From positions 1 to 64,000 of the forward strand of contig NW_021833429.1 in NCBI RefSeq assembly GCF_006345805.1: a DNA stretch of 64,000 bases, read 5' to 3'. The number at the start of each line of letters is the position of its first letter. The stretch's first letter is position 1. A model generated the notes under the pieces. That model made no database searches. It had not been told where the DNA came from and was given only the letters and a program-made list of their open reading frames with translations. The DNA is from Octopus sinensis (lineage: Eukaryota). The position numbers were made by a program, and so were the translations under genes. Shown one piece after another: positions 13,250 to 26,171 of this stretch.

Positions 13250-13493
13250 ATTGTCCCAAAGGAGATCAAAGAGGAAAAGGATCCCATCACCTTTAAACGG
13301 AATCTGGACAGATTTCTTCAAAGAATACCGGATAAGCCACCCATACCAGGATACAACTCACTCAACAAGAACTCACTACTTGAATGGACCATAAACAAAA
13401 CTTGACATAAACAGGATTTAGATAATCCTATCAGGTAGTGCTATTAAGTTAGACATGGCCTGGACCAATCTTTGGTCGAAACATATCTAAGTT

Positions 13494-13495
<2 letters not shown>
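13250..13495 (+). mobile_element. 5'-truncated non-LTR retrotransposon (CR1/L2-type) 3' end: ORF2 C-terminus plus 3' UTR stem-loop
   Basis: 13250-13405 translates IVPKEIKEEKDPITFKRNLDRFLQRIPDKPPIPGYNSLNKNSLLEWTINKT*. This resembles the F-K-x-x-L-D-x-F-L-x-x-I-P-D-x-P-x-x-P-G-Y...N-S-L-L C-terminus of invertebrate LINE RTs. It is followed by a GACCAA-TCT-TTGGTC hairpin and (TA)n. Clade assignment is approximate. Confidence 0.7.
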
Positions 13496-13577
<82 letters not shown>

Positions 13578-13581
<4 letters not shown>

Positions 13582-13809
13582 AATACAAACTGGGACAAGA
13601 ACGCAAAACATTTAGAAGACGATACAAAAAACACGGGCGGGACATTCGAAGCTTTCAATCTTCAGTCAAGAACCGGATCATCCTCGCAATTTCGGCTGGT
13701 TAATCTTGAGATTGCTCCAATCTGGCCAGCCCCAGATGCTTCGAATGTATACAAAACAAAGACGGAAAAACGGACGATGTTACACGAATATGAATGCAAA
13801 AGTAAAAAC

Positions 13810-13844
<35 letters not shown>

Positions 13845-13920
13845 GTAAAAACAATGATAATAATAATAACAAAAACAGGACGTCACAAACAGGTGTCTTT
13901 CGACAGGACGAGTAAACTTG
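13578..13920 (-). mobile_element. Short non-coding element in a microsatellite, probable Penelope-like terminal repeat
   Basis: Strand-biased composition like the 7.9, 36 and 59 kb elements. Minus strand contains CTGAAGA-TTGAAAGCTTC-GAATGTC, a degenerate hammerhead-like core. Confidence 0.4.
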
Positions 13921-14249
13921 AGCTGGCGTGCTAGGAATTTGTCTTAGGGCAGAGAGAGAAAAAATGAGTGTTGCCGTGACGACTGCTAGACTCGAAAGAG
14001 CAGCAGTCGGTCAGTCAGTCACGTGTGAGGAGAAGAGAGAGGAAAAGGGGGCAGAGGAATTAAGGAGGGGGAGAAGAGAGAAAAAGGGGAACAAGGAATT
14101 AAGGAGGAGGAGAAGAGAGAGAGAGCGAGAAAGAGACAGATCAAAGTGAAGTGCAAAGTATGAAAGGCAGAGAAATGTAGGAGAGGGGGAGAAGCAGTGT
14201 TATAGAGTTGTACCAAGTTTAGAGAATATGTACTTACATATAAGACAAA

Positions 14250-14301
<52 letters not shown>

Positions 14302-14929
14302 AGTATGCCCTGACGCAGTATTCGCTACCAGATATACACGACACAGTCTTGTTCAATATTCTACTCCTATAGCGTGTTGCGTTATAACCGTATTATCCAA
14401 ACAGGACATCTCACTTACAACGACTGAAGATGATAATATTTGCGTAAAAATTTGCTGCGTAACCACTTGAAACGTGTGTATTAAATGCATTCGAGATATT
14501 AGCAATTGGTTTTGTGGTTACTCTAACACGCGCGCGCGCTAAGAATATACTGTTCAGCCATCGTAAGTAGCAAAAGTAACATGTGACCTGAAACAGAATT
14601 GGGAACCAGCGAAACCTGAAAATCATTTACGTTCCCGATAGCATGAAATTATTAGCAGCACAGTTACCACAACACTACACCACTACTACCATTTCACAAA
14701 AGCCATCACTACATTAATACTATATACATATCTGCGCTACCACAATACCACAGCCACAAAGTTACATTAGTACTACACCAACACTACCACAACACTAACC
14801 TATACCGTGTGTATGTGTGTCTAAGTGTGATTGCGTGTGTATGAGTGTGAATGTGTGTGCGTGCTTGTGTGCTCTGTATGTGTGAGTGTATGTTTGTTTG
14901 TGTGTGTGTGTGTGTGTGTGTGTGCGTGC

Positions 14930-14960
<31 letters not shown>

Positions 14961-15992
14961 TGTGTGTGCTCCAGGAAATTCATTTATTCATTATGAATCA
15001 ACGAAAAGTCTTGAAGTCATTCGATCTGCTAGAAATAAAACAAAATTCCGTTCAAATCACGCCCTACAATCTTAAAATTAAAAGTCAAACGGGTGTATGA
15101 AATACATACCGCACGCCTGCTTAATATTATCCTCTTGAGAATACAGTGTTTAGGAGGAATAAAATGTGGAATGGTCATAGCTGGAACGCTACTGGGACTA
15201 AACAACAGCCAATATACAATCCTTCATCTTAAAGACTTCTTGTCACGCCTAGATATTTCCTTTGCAGATAATTTCTTTCTCTTTTACTTGTTTTGTACCC
15301 ATAAAATAGTTCACAGCACCGCGATAATAACTAGAACAAGAACATCAATAACAACAACAACACCACCAGCTATGACAATAATAACGATAACACCAACATC
15401 ACCGCAATAACAACAGCAATAACAATAACGACGACGACAAAAGCGCCAAAGAGCAAAAGCAGTACAAGAATAGGGCGAGGAGAGGTGCGGTGGGTGGAAA
15501 CATGATGGCGTAGCTGCTGCTGCTGCTGCTGCTGCTGCTGAGGTGGCGGTGGTGGAGAAAGCGGCGGCGGTTGCTAGCTAAAGAAATTCCAGAGCAGCAG
15601 TTAAGAACGAAACAGAACATTGAAGGGAAAAACCACACCCCACCGCCATTACCGACTATTCGTCCTCTCGCCACCATCCCCAACACACATACACGTCCTT
15701 ATTCCCACAACTATTTATTCCTCTCCTCACCCCTGCCATCTACCCGCCAACCCCCACACCCCCACCTATTTCTCATATTTGCCATCTTCAGAAGCTGTTC
15801 CTCTTTCTTACTTCGCTCCTGTCAATGTGGTTATTGCTGTTTATTGTTGTTGTCGTTGTTGTTATTGTTATAGCCGTAATCGTCGTCATCGTGGCCTCCA
15901 TCCCCCCACACGCCTTCCACCCCTGTGGCGTGGTACACCCACCACCACAACCACTACCATTACTTCAACATGGCTTTACAACTACCACTGCG

Positions 15993-16687
15993 ACGGCAGA
16001 ATCGTTAGCAAACCGGACAAAACGCTTAGCGGCATTTCGTCTGTCCTTACATTCTGAGTTCAGATTCCGCCGAAGTTAGACTTCGCCTTTTATTCTTTCG
16101 GCGTCGATAAATTAAGTACCAGTGAAACACTGGGGTCGATGTAACCGATTACCCTCCTCTCCCAAAACTCCAGACCTCGTGCCTTTAGTAGAAAGGATTA
16201 TTTTGTTTTTGTTTTTTTCTTTTAACTTTTGCATACTATGTGAACGTCTCTTCCTTTTCATTGTATACCTTTTTTGATAATTATTTTATCATTCCATTAT
16301 ATGTAAACCCCCACACTTTATGTCTGTCTTTGTATTGTCCCCCTCATCTTTCGCCCTGGTGGCACAATTATTATTATTATTATTATTATTGTTGTTATTA
16401 TTATTGATGTGGTGAGGTGGCAGAATCGTTAGCACGCTGGACGAAGTGCTCATCGGTGTTTCGCCCGTCGCTACGTTCTGAATTCAAATTCCGCCGAGGT
16501 CGACTTAAGCGCCTCCCCCTATTGGGAGTTTTAATTGTTACTTATTTTTCGTTGTTATCCTGCTTTTGTACACGGACTTTTTCAAACGGACAAAACCCTT
16601 TGTAACTTTCGTCCTGTGTTTTGTCCCTTTATGTTTTAATTGATTTTTGTTAACCCTTGTGGCCGATAAGCGAACGAATTATTATTA

Positions 16688-16763
<76 letters not shown>

Positions 16764-17160
16764 CATCATCATCATTTCAACGGCTTTATCCGCCACTTTT
16801 CAACCTCCGCCGCTGCTTTCTGAGTTCAAATTCCACCGAGGTCGACTTTGCCGTTCATCCTTTCAGGGTCGATAAATTAAGTACCAGTTACGCACTGGGG
16901 TCGATGTAATCGACTTGATACGTTTATCTGTCCTTGTTTGTCCCCTGTGTTTAGCCCCTTGTGGGTAGTAAAGAAATAGGTATTTCGTCTGCCGCTACGT
17001 TCTAAGTTCACATTCCGCCGAGATCGACTTTGCCTTTCATCCTTTGAGGGCTGATTAAATAAGTACAAGTTATGCACTGGGGTCGATGTAATCGACTTAA
17101 TCCCTTTGTCTGTCCTTATTTGTCCCCTCTATGTTTAGCCTCCTGCGGGCAATAAAGACA
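15993..17160 (+). mobile_element. Cluster of family B SINEs (15993-16200, 16408-16510, tandem 16800-17160)
   Basis: GGCAGAATCGTTAGC head, TTCTGAGTTCAAATTCCGCCGAGGTCGAC B-box, GCCTTTCATCCTTT..GGGTCGATAAATTAAGTACCAG (Nin/Deu-like domain). Confidence 0.85.
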
Positions 17161-17376
17161 AATATTTGCATGGTTTCCTTAATATATAGCTATGTTTGGC
17201 CCCTCCACTTGCAACCTTTAATATCTTTAGTGGAGTTCAGTCTACTACAACCATTCAGGTCAGGCCTACTATCTGAGGAACCCTTTCCCCTTTTTTCTAG
17301 CCTTGGAATTTCATGTAATGAAGTTAAGGGCACTGCTCTTCCCTCCTGACAAGAAAATACAAAATAGTAACCATCA

Positions 17377-17970
17377 GCGCGGGAGTTGCTGCGTGGTTAA
17401 CAAGCTTGCTCCCCAGTAATGTGTTCTTGGGTTCAGTTCCACAACGTGACACCTCCGCCTAGTGTCTTCTTCTATAACCCTGGGCAGACCAGAGCCGTGT
17501 AATGAATTTATTACACGGAAACTGAAAGACGCCCCTCAAATACACACACACGTACACTTGTTAATATCGAAGCAGTGAGAATGGGTACCACATACCGCAT
17601 TGGAGGATAAATATTTCTTTATTTGTGGGTTAATAAGGCGACCAATGGTTTCATGTGAAGAGGAAGCTCATAAAAATTTTCAAGCCTGTCGCATGGGAAC
17701 GTTGGTACTCGTCACCATTTTGGAGGAGAACGCATATAAATATTCGTGTGTGTCTTTGCGTTTGTCGCACCACCACCGCTTGACAACCAGTGTTGGTTTG
17801 TTTACATCCCTGTAACCTAGCGGTTCAGCAAAAGAGACAAGAGAATAAGTTATCAGGCTTTAAAAATAATTAAAAATAAAACTGCTGGCGATTTGTTCGA
17901 CTAAAATCCCTTCAAGACGGTGTTCCAGTATGGCCGCACTCCAATCATTGAAACAAGATAAAAGCAAAGA
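17377..17970 (+). mobile_element. Family A SINE (old) with an unrelated insert of about 180 bp at 17560-17740
   Basis: Degenerate head at 17377-17440 and tail GACGGTGTTCCAGTATGGCCGCAC..TGAAACAAG. Confidence 0.7.
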
Positions 17971-19309
17971 AACCTCCCACGTATCACCCCACCACCACCA
18001 TCGTCTTAGGCAATATGCTCCCTGTTGTAAAAAGGAAAAAGGCGGAATAGTCATGGCTGGCATGTCTTTGATTATACGTGTGCCTTTTAGGGTTTAACTA
18101 AGGATTAAACTACCGCGACAACTACACACCACCTCTACTACATCCCATGTCATATATGACTACTGTCGACTGACGATCGAGGTCTTTCTTTCTTGCTAGA
18201 TTTGTTAGAAGTAGCAGCTAAATTCCCCTCAGATCATTCACTGTTGCCTTTGTAAAGGTCACGTAAAATAATGTGGTCTTGCGGTTCCCCCCTAATTGTA
18301 GGGCTGCTGGATCACGGTTGAGCTGTGATTGAAGGCCAGCAGCCGCAGCTACAGCAGCAGCAGCAGCAGCAACAACATCAACAACAGTATAAGCCTTACA
18401 ATGCAGACTATTGGACCATCAGCAACATCGCCACCATCACAGCACCAAGAACAAACAACAACAAAACAGCAAAACCTTTACAAAAACAAGGTCTATACCA
18501 TACAGAACAATTAGATAAATGATGACAATCGGTGACAAGGTCGTGGCTAGAACGATTTTAACTATAGACTGAGATGTGGTGTGTGGTAAAGATGGTATGA
18601 AGTGATCTTAGTTGCTTAGTCACAGGCAAACATTGAGAGCCGACCAAGGGTTAAACAGCAACAACAACGAACAAACCACCATTACTACCACCACTACCAC
18701 CACCTCCTACTACCACCGACACAACTGCTACTACTACAATCACCACCACAGCAACCATCACATTATAAACTTACAACCACTACCACTACCACCAATACAG
18801 CACCACCCTTGTTATTATTATTATTATTATGATTATTATTATTACGATAAATATCTACTACTACCGCTACCACTAGCACAAGAACCACAATTTTCACCAC
18901 TGCCAACATACAAACACCTTCACTACCAATACCACTGGTTATACCACTGCCAGCACTAACATTGCCACTAGCACCCCAGTTTATAGTAGCTCCGCCGCCG
19001 CCGAACTGCCATCACTACCACCACTGACAACCACCACCTATACAACATTGGCATCAAAAGCGTTATCACCATCATCATCATCGTTAACGTGAGCAGCGGC
19101 GGTGGTTGTGGTGATGGCGGCGGCGCAATGGCAGCAGTGGCAGCAGCAGCAGCATCAGGCAACGTAGCCAAGTCAGCATCTTCATCATCGTCACCATCTC
19201 CCCCATCACTATTGATGACAGCGTCAGCGGCACCAAAACAAGCAGCAGCAGCAGCAGCCACATTCCACGCATTCTCTCTGACCAAGAAAGAGTCGATAGC
19301 AAGTAAAAT

Positions 19310-20055
19310 TACGATATTGTAACAACAACAACAACAGCTGCATCAATAACAGCAGCAGCAGAAGCAGCAGCAATAATAACTGCAATGGTATTAACAGTGA
19401 CAGCAGCAGCAATAAAACCTGCAACCGCAGCGATACCGACAGCAGCCTAACAACAGCGACTGCAACTTTATTAGGTGCAGCAGTAACAACGACAGCAACT
19501 GTAACAGCAAAAAGCAAATGTTTCCTTTTAACATTAGCAATAACAAAGTCAATAACAGTACTGTAGCAGTGACTGTAACATCAGTGACACGGCAATGACA
19601 GCAGTGTGACTACAACGGCGGCACTGTATCAACTGCAGCAGTGTAACAACGACAATTGTACAGTAACAGAACAGGCGCGCTGTAACAATAATAGCACTGT
19701 AACAAGAACGGAGGCAGCGTAACAATAGCGTTTTACAATAATGCTGTGACAACAATAGCAGTGTGACAAAAACAGACACAGTAACACAATAGCTCAGTAA
19801 CAACAAATGTGACTAGAACAGTTACAAAAGAATTGTAACAACAGCATCTTGCAAATAGCGTTGTAACAGCAATAGCACTGTGACAAAAACAGTAACACAA
19901 TATCACAGGAACAAAAGCTGTGACTAGAGCTGTTACAAAGAATAACATAAATGAATAACATGGGACAGATGTTGTTATGACCGTAGCTGCAATTGCTAAA
20001 TAATAACTGATGTAACTAAATTGAAACAACAGCAAAAATAGCTGTTGTAACAAGG
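19310..20055 (+). repeat. Degenerate AAC/AGC-derived satellite with a recurrent (T)GTAACA motif and an internal duplication of about 110 bp
   Basis: Many GTAACA words. AATAGCA.TGTGACAAAAACAG...GTGACTAGA...GTTACAAA occurs at about 19754 and 19871. Confidence 0.6.
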
Positions 20056-20190
20056 GACTTAATAAATAATGAGATCAGAAACAATGGGGAAACGTGTAGT
20101 AATAATGGCGTAAATATCCACAGTAAACAACAATAGCAAGCAGAGCGCCATCTGTAAGAAGAATAGTCGCATCAGCAACAGCAGTAGTGT

Positions 20191-20560
20191 GGAGGCGCAA
20201 TGGCTCAGTTGTTAGGGCAGCGGACTCGCGGTCGTAAGAACGCGGTTTCGATTCCCAGACCGAGCATTGTGTTTATTGAGCAAAAAATACCTAAGCTCCA
20301 TGGGGCCTCGGTGTGTGTGGGGGGTCCCCGCTGTACTCTTTCACCACAACTTTCTCTCACTCTTTCTTCCTACTTCTGCCACAAAGCAGAGGAACTATGG
20401 GGTAACCCACTATGGTGTGGTAAACTTTCAGACTCTAGTCTAGATTGCGAATCCTCTGTACCCCAGGATGGTTCATCTCCCCACCCGTTAAAAGCCACCG
20501 TTTACGGAATGAGGATAACAACGTAGCTTTCGCGCCCGTGCAACAACCAGTCTATCGCGT
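20191..20560 (+). mobile_element. tRNA-derived SINE, family D
   Basis: GGCGCAATGGCTCAGTTGTTAGGGCAG (A box) and GGTTTCGATTCCC (B box), followed by a non-tRNA body. The 3' end is approximate. Confidence 0.65.
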
Positions 20561-21101
20561 GTGGTGGGTGGTTCTTCAAGTTGCCACACGCATTCTTAGT
20601 AGCTTAGAGTAGGCTCGAATTAGAGATTATTCTTTGAGTCCTGATTAAAAGAAGAAGAAGACGGCAGCAGTAACGGTAATAACAATATTAAGAGGACCTG
20701 TAAAATGAACAGTAAAAACAAAAGCAGCAAGTGTAGCGATTGCAGTAACATGAAGAATAACAAAAATATAAACACGAGCAGTTGCAACAACAAGATCAGA
20801 TACAAGAGGAAGAGAAGAGAGGATGAGAGCAGCTAGATTAGTAACGATAACAACAGGGATAGAATAACAGTGATTATAAGAACTAGAGAGAATGACAACC
20901 ATATGAAACAATGAAGCAACAGGGGTCCCTGTAGGCTTAGGGATGGCGGGGACCTAGTTTAGTGCAAGAGGGATCGTTTGATATATATGTAAGCAAACCA
21001 AAAATAATAGACAAGATAAGACAACAAAAATCAGTCGGATGTGCAGAGTGAATGTATTAGATTGGCGCTCAGTGAACGTTTTAGATGGGAAAATAGGAGT
21101 A

Positions 21102-21138
21102 GAGGTGACGTTTCGGACATGGTTCTTCGTCGGAATGA
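21102..21138 (-). ncRNA. Degenerate minimal hammerhead motif
   Basis: Minus strand reads CCGACGA-a-GAAC cat GTCC-GAAA-CG-TC. Stem II has one mismatch and stem I is not formed. The neighbouring TGTATTAG..GCGCTCAG box matches the 8 kb element. Confidence 0.45.
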
Positions 21139-21920
21139 GGGAAAGAGGAGAAAAAGTAGGAAGGAGTAGATAATCCGGAGAATTGCGCGTGGGTCATTAC
21201 ATTGCCTCTGTGTGTGTGTGTGTGTGTGTGTGTATGTAGTTGATGTCATAAGAATTTACAAACTGTCGAGAGAACGTGAAATAATGCTTTTTTAGAACAG
21301 AGAGCTATGAATAATAGCATGGATTGAAATAACTGGATTGAAAACCCTATTGAATAGAAGAGGTCTATTAGAGATCTGCCCATGGGACACGAACCCACTT
21401 ATCTTGTAGACACGACTTTGATATTTTTTCTCCAAAGGGTTTATCAGCTCAATATTTACATGCTTTTATTAACACAGAGAAGAACCGATCAGGGCACGTC
21501 GTCGAAAAGGTCGCAGACTTTGAAAAACGAACTTTGGGAAACCAACCAACTCAGTGAAGAAACCTATCGGTTACTTCTTTAGTTAACTAAGAGCTTGGTT
21601 GTGAAAAATATTAATACAACTCCTTGGCGGCATGACCTTCACAATGTACAAATCACAGGCACTAAGAGAGTGTACGCGTTCGTATATATACTGGTGTATG
21701 TGTGAAATGAAGAGACTACGAAGAAGACTCCAATAACAAACACTGAGAATGTGTGGCAGGGATGTATGTTTCCATCCATCCAGCGGTGTAGCGGTTTCTT
21801 CGTGTTATCACAGTGGCAGCTGGAATGAGAGGTCAAAATACCGATCCCTGGTGACGCTGTGTTAACATAGGGAAACAGTTGTAACGTGTGTGTGTGTGAG
21901 TGTGTATAAAATTCTGGCTT

Positions 21921-22430
21921 AGAACTGTGGATCTCGAAGCATATAATTCTATAGATAACAGGATGTTAATATTGGGCTAAAAAATTCTTTTGATAGAAAA
22001 AGTCGAAAGCAACCTGCAGGACGCGAACCCACATCTGTAAACAACTTTATGCTTTATCTAAGACTTTTTTTAGCTCAATATTTATCGTACGCGGACAGGA
22101 TTCCCAATGCACTTTTGCCGAAGGAGAAAAAGCCGAAGCCAAGAAGCCCAACGGACAAAATAATAATAATAAAATAAAAACCATTCCTGCCTACATAGTT
22201 TAATGACCAATTGACTAAATTAACAATTAAGATTTAACGAGCTTAAATTTTAATTTTCGTATGTCTTTTCGGTATCTTGTCTGTTCGGCTTTATGTCTGT
22301 TCGGCTTTATGTCCGTTCGGCTTCATGGCTTCTTATTCTTCGACAAAAGTGCATTCAAGATTCCGTCCGTGTACCATATTTATACACTGTTATCTATATA
22401 GTTTCTTTGCTTCGAGATCCACAGTTCCAG
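21921..22430. repeat. Fold-back element with inverted arms of about 60 bp, hosting a nested MITE
   Basis: GAACTGTGGATCTCGAAGCA...TATAGATAACAG (21922-21961) is inverted at about 22385-22428. The internal segment 22018-22085 resembles 21385-21458. Confidence 0.65.
22086..22375. mobile_element. 290-bp MITE with long imperfect TIRs, subterminal tandem repeats and 8-bp TSD (Merlin- or MULE-like)
   Basis: Termini (C/G)GTAC(G/A)CGGAC, shared AATGCACTTTTG.CGAAG, repeated TGTCTGTTCGGCTTTA units. Perfect TSD ATATTTAT at 22078-22085 and 22376-22383. Confidence 0.8.
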
Positions 22431-24179
22431 AATAGGTAAAGAATTATTTCATATTCTGAATTCTTATGAATGCACACACAAACACACATGTACGTACGCA
22501 CGCACGCACACACACAGTCACGCGCATATACAAGCATGCGCACTACGGGCTTCGGTACAGTTTCTTCCTACCGAATTCCACCGACAAGTTCCTGTGTGGT
22601 CAGCCTGAGGCTTTGATGATAGGACACGTTTGCGTAACTTTCCACCGTACTTTCACTTCATCCGTTACCGATCATCACGCAGCCAGTTTAACACAGTCAT
22701 GCAATCAGGGCTTCTAGGATGCCTTTCGCAGAATCCTGGTTGTTTCAAGCACAGAGGCCATGTACCCCCTTTTCCCCCCAATAGTCACAAAACGTCATAA
22801 AAGGTGTCAAACAAGCTTCCTTCACAAAGCCACATGAAAACAATTTTAGTTTTTCGAAAATACTTCTTGCCTAGTTTTGAGCGTACAATATCGTTTAAGA
22901 GGATGATGATGATGATGATAATGATGAAATGGTGGTGCTGATGGTAGTTGCGTAAGTGATGATACTGGTTATTGTTGTGATGGTGATGCTGGTAGAGAAG
23001 GTGTGGTGGTGTTGGTGGAAATGTAAATAGTGGTGCGGTGATTCAGAAGATATTGATGGTAGTGGTGGTTGAGGCTGTTGATCTCGTTTTTTGTTTTTTG
23101 TGGAGCGGTGTTGAAGGCACTGGTGGTGGTGGCTGTATGAGTTGCGGTGCAGTTTGGCAGTTTGTTGTGGTTGCTGCTGTGGTGGTGGTGGTGGCGGTGG
23201 TGGTGATGTTAAGTTTTGCTGCAACATAGGAAAATTAGGTGAGCGCGCGCAAGTGCGTATGTTTATACGAGAATGCATATCTATATACGAGTATGTATGT
23301 GTGTATATTCATATGTATTAGTGTGTGTGTGTATGTGTGTTCGGATTCCTATAACCTCGCGAATATGTATAAGGGGTGGGTGGGTGGGAAACCAAATGGG
23401 TCGTAGTAACAATTGATGTCGGTCGGTACGATACCGAACGGGGAGAGGGGGCAAGGAGCATGATGTAATAGCAGGGGGAGGGGGAAGGTGCTGCAAGCGG
23501 TTGGGGCGATGGGTACGGGGAAGGAATAATTGAGTCGGCGGCTTTTCCGGTTTATTTCAAGGAGTTCGATTTCCATTGTTCTATCATAATATTAAATGAT
23601 AGCTTTCTATTATCTTAGCTGTTTGCTGCAGTTACAATAGCTAAAAATCATCATGGGTGTGGAGGGGGCGAAATCTGTCCCCACACCATCACCACCACCA
23701 CCACCACCACCACCACCACTATCATCATTACCACTACGGAAAACAATGACAGGAACCAATCAGGGAGCCAGTACGAGGTCGATCGGCATGCAAGAAATAA
23801 TAGCCACAAATCTGGCTCGGATTTGCGCTGTATTGTCTTGCAAAATAAATATATAAATAAGTTAATCAATTAATTAAAAATGAAGGAAAAAAGTGGTTAT
23901 ATTTGTGAGGGTAGTCTTAGGTGCAATACGTCTGATTTAAAAAGACAGGATGGTCGTGGCTAGAGCGCCAAACAACATCTATTATTGACGACGCCGCATT
24001 TACACTACCTTCAACAGACGACACACACCGATACAAATTCCAATACTACCAAAACCACCACCATCACCATCACCACCACCACTACTACTACTACTACAAC
24101 TACTACTAATTCTGCTGTCCTCTCCAACGCCAACACTATCACTCCGCCATCATTACTAATATTACTAAAAGTATCATAC

Positions 24180-24244
<65 letters not shown>

Positions 24245-24463
24245 ACTACCACAACTACTACTACCACTAGTACTGCCATCAATACAATCAACGCTACGAC
24301 GACGACCACCACCACTACAACAGCTAACATTGCTACCACTGCTGCGGAGTTCTTGTGCTACTTCCCCAATTCCAGTGCACAAAACACCTCATTACCTTCC
24401 AAACCGGTACACGCACACACACACACACATATATATATATAAACCCACCCATAGACACTTATT

Positions 24464-24521
<58 letters not shown>

Positions 24522-24526
24522 TACAT

Positions 24527-24593
<67 letters not shown>

Positions 24594-25459
24594 TGTACGT
24601 ATTTATGCACACACATACAAACATCTATGGAGAATGCATACACAAACAACCCATAAACATACGCATACATACACTCACACACACACACACACACACCACA
24701 TACATATTTACATGCACATAGCCACACACATACATGCATACGCTCATAGATCCATCCATCCATCCATCCATACATACATACATACATACATACATAATAC
24801 ATACCAGCACACATGCACGCCCCACCAAACACAAGTTATACCGACACAGTAATTCTGTCAAGCCTCGTAATATTTGTGTCATGAGTCAGATAGACTGTCT
24901 GTCGTAGTAATAGTGGTGGTGGTGGTGGTGGGTGGTGGTGGTGGTGGTGGTGGTGGCGGTGCAGGCAGTGGTAGCAGTAGGAGTTGTGGGGAGGGGTGGT
25001 AGTGTGCATAGGTACATAGGGTTTATATACATACATATCATATACAAACATATATATACATACATATATATATATATATATTATATATATATATATGTAT
25101 GTGTGTGTGTGGAGGCTTCCGTTCGTGCCACCGCCCCCTTTTTTTCATTTATTCTTGTATTCCTGACAGACCTTTCTCATTTCGAACACTTTCCTACACG
25201 CGCACACACACATACACACACAATCACACATGCACGCACGCACGCACACGCACAGACGAATACATTAAGCTCCAGCCTTTGTTTCAATCACCAGGATGCC
25301 CTAAATATGTGTGTTTGCGTGTGTGTGTGTTCACACACGTGGCTCTCATGCGTCTTTTGTTCTTTAACGAGCAATCGCGCCATCTCTTTTTCTCTCTACA
25401 TAAGCATCATGGAGGCTTTCATTTGCTTCCATTCTCTATTGCGATTTATATCTTATCAA

Positions 25460-25537
<78 letters not shown>

Positions 25538-26137
25538 TATATGAGTGTGTGTACCCAGACATACCCGTATCTATGTATTTATCTAGCTATCCATCTAACC
25601 ACCCCAATCTATCAGTATATATCGATTATATTTACCCAATGCTTTTCTCTTTGTGTGTGTGTATGCGTTGTGTGCATTGATATATATATGTGTGTGTGTG
25701 TGTGTGCATTATATATATGAGTGTGCGTGTGTATCGATCGAGCTATGTATCATATCTACCCATCTCTTTATCAACATAGCTTTCTCTCTTTCTACACACA
25801 CAAATGTAAACACACACGCACACACACACTCATACACACACACATGCGTGCGTGCGGGCGTCTGTATGCATTTGTGTATATAAGTGTGTGGGGTGGGGTG
25901 CAAGTGTGTGTGTGTGTGTGTGCTCTCTCCCTTCCTCTCTCTCATCTTCTCACTGTTACATCCTGATCCTGACATACTTTATGTCATATGACATACATAT
26001 TACATAACTTCACAATTACTCTGACGCTCTTCCGAGTACATCCAGCTCGCCACCTCACACAACACCAGGCTTTTCCAACAGCCATACAATACCACTGTAC
26101 ACCCTCTACTTTTCTTAACTCTTGCCTTTCTCTCTCA

Positions 26138-26171
<34 letters not shown>

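Noticed and set aside
19089-19322. Gly/Ala/Ser-rich ORF resembling a transcription factor N-terminus
   Set aside because: It lies in a long AGC/ACC low-complexity tract, starts at GTG and has no domain.
20142-20158. CTCF-like GCGCCATCTG word (similar at about 30320 and 48830)
   Set aside because: Only partial matches, which are expected by chance.
20191-20265. tRNA-like sequences (also 1720-1780, 38040-38110, 48421-48490)
   Set aside because: A/B boxes are present but there is no complete cloverleaf, and they continue into SINE bodies.
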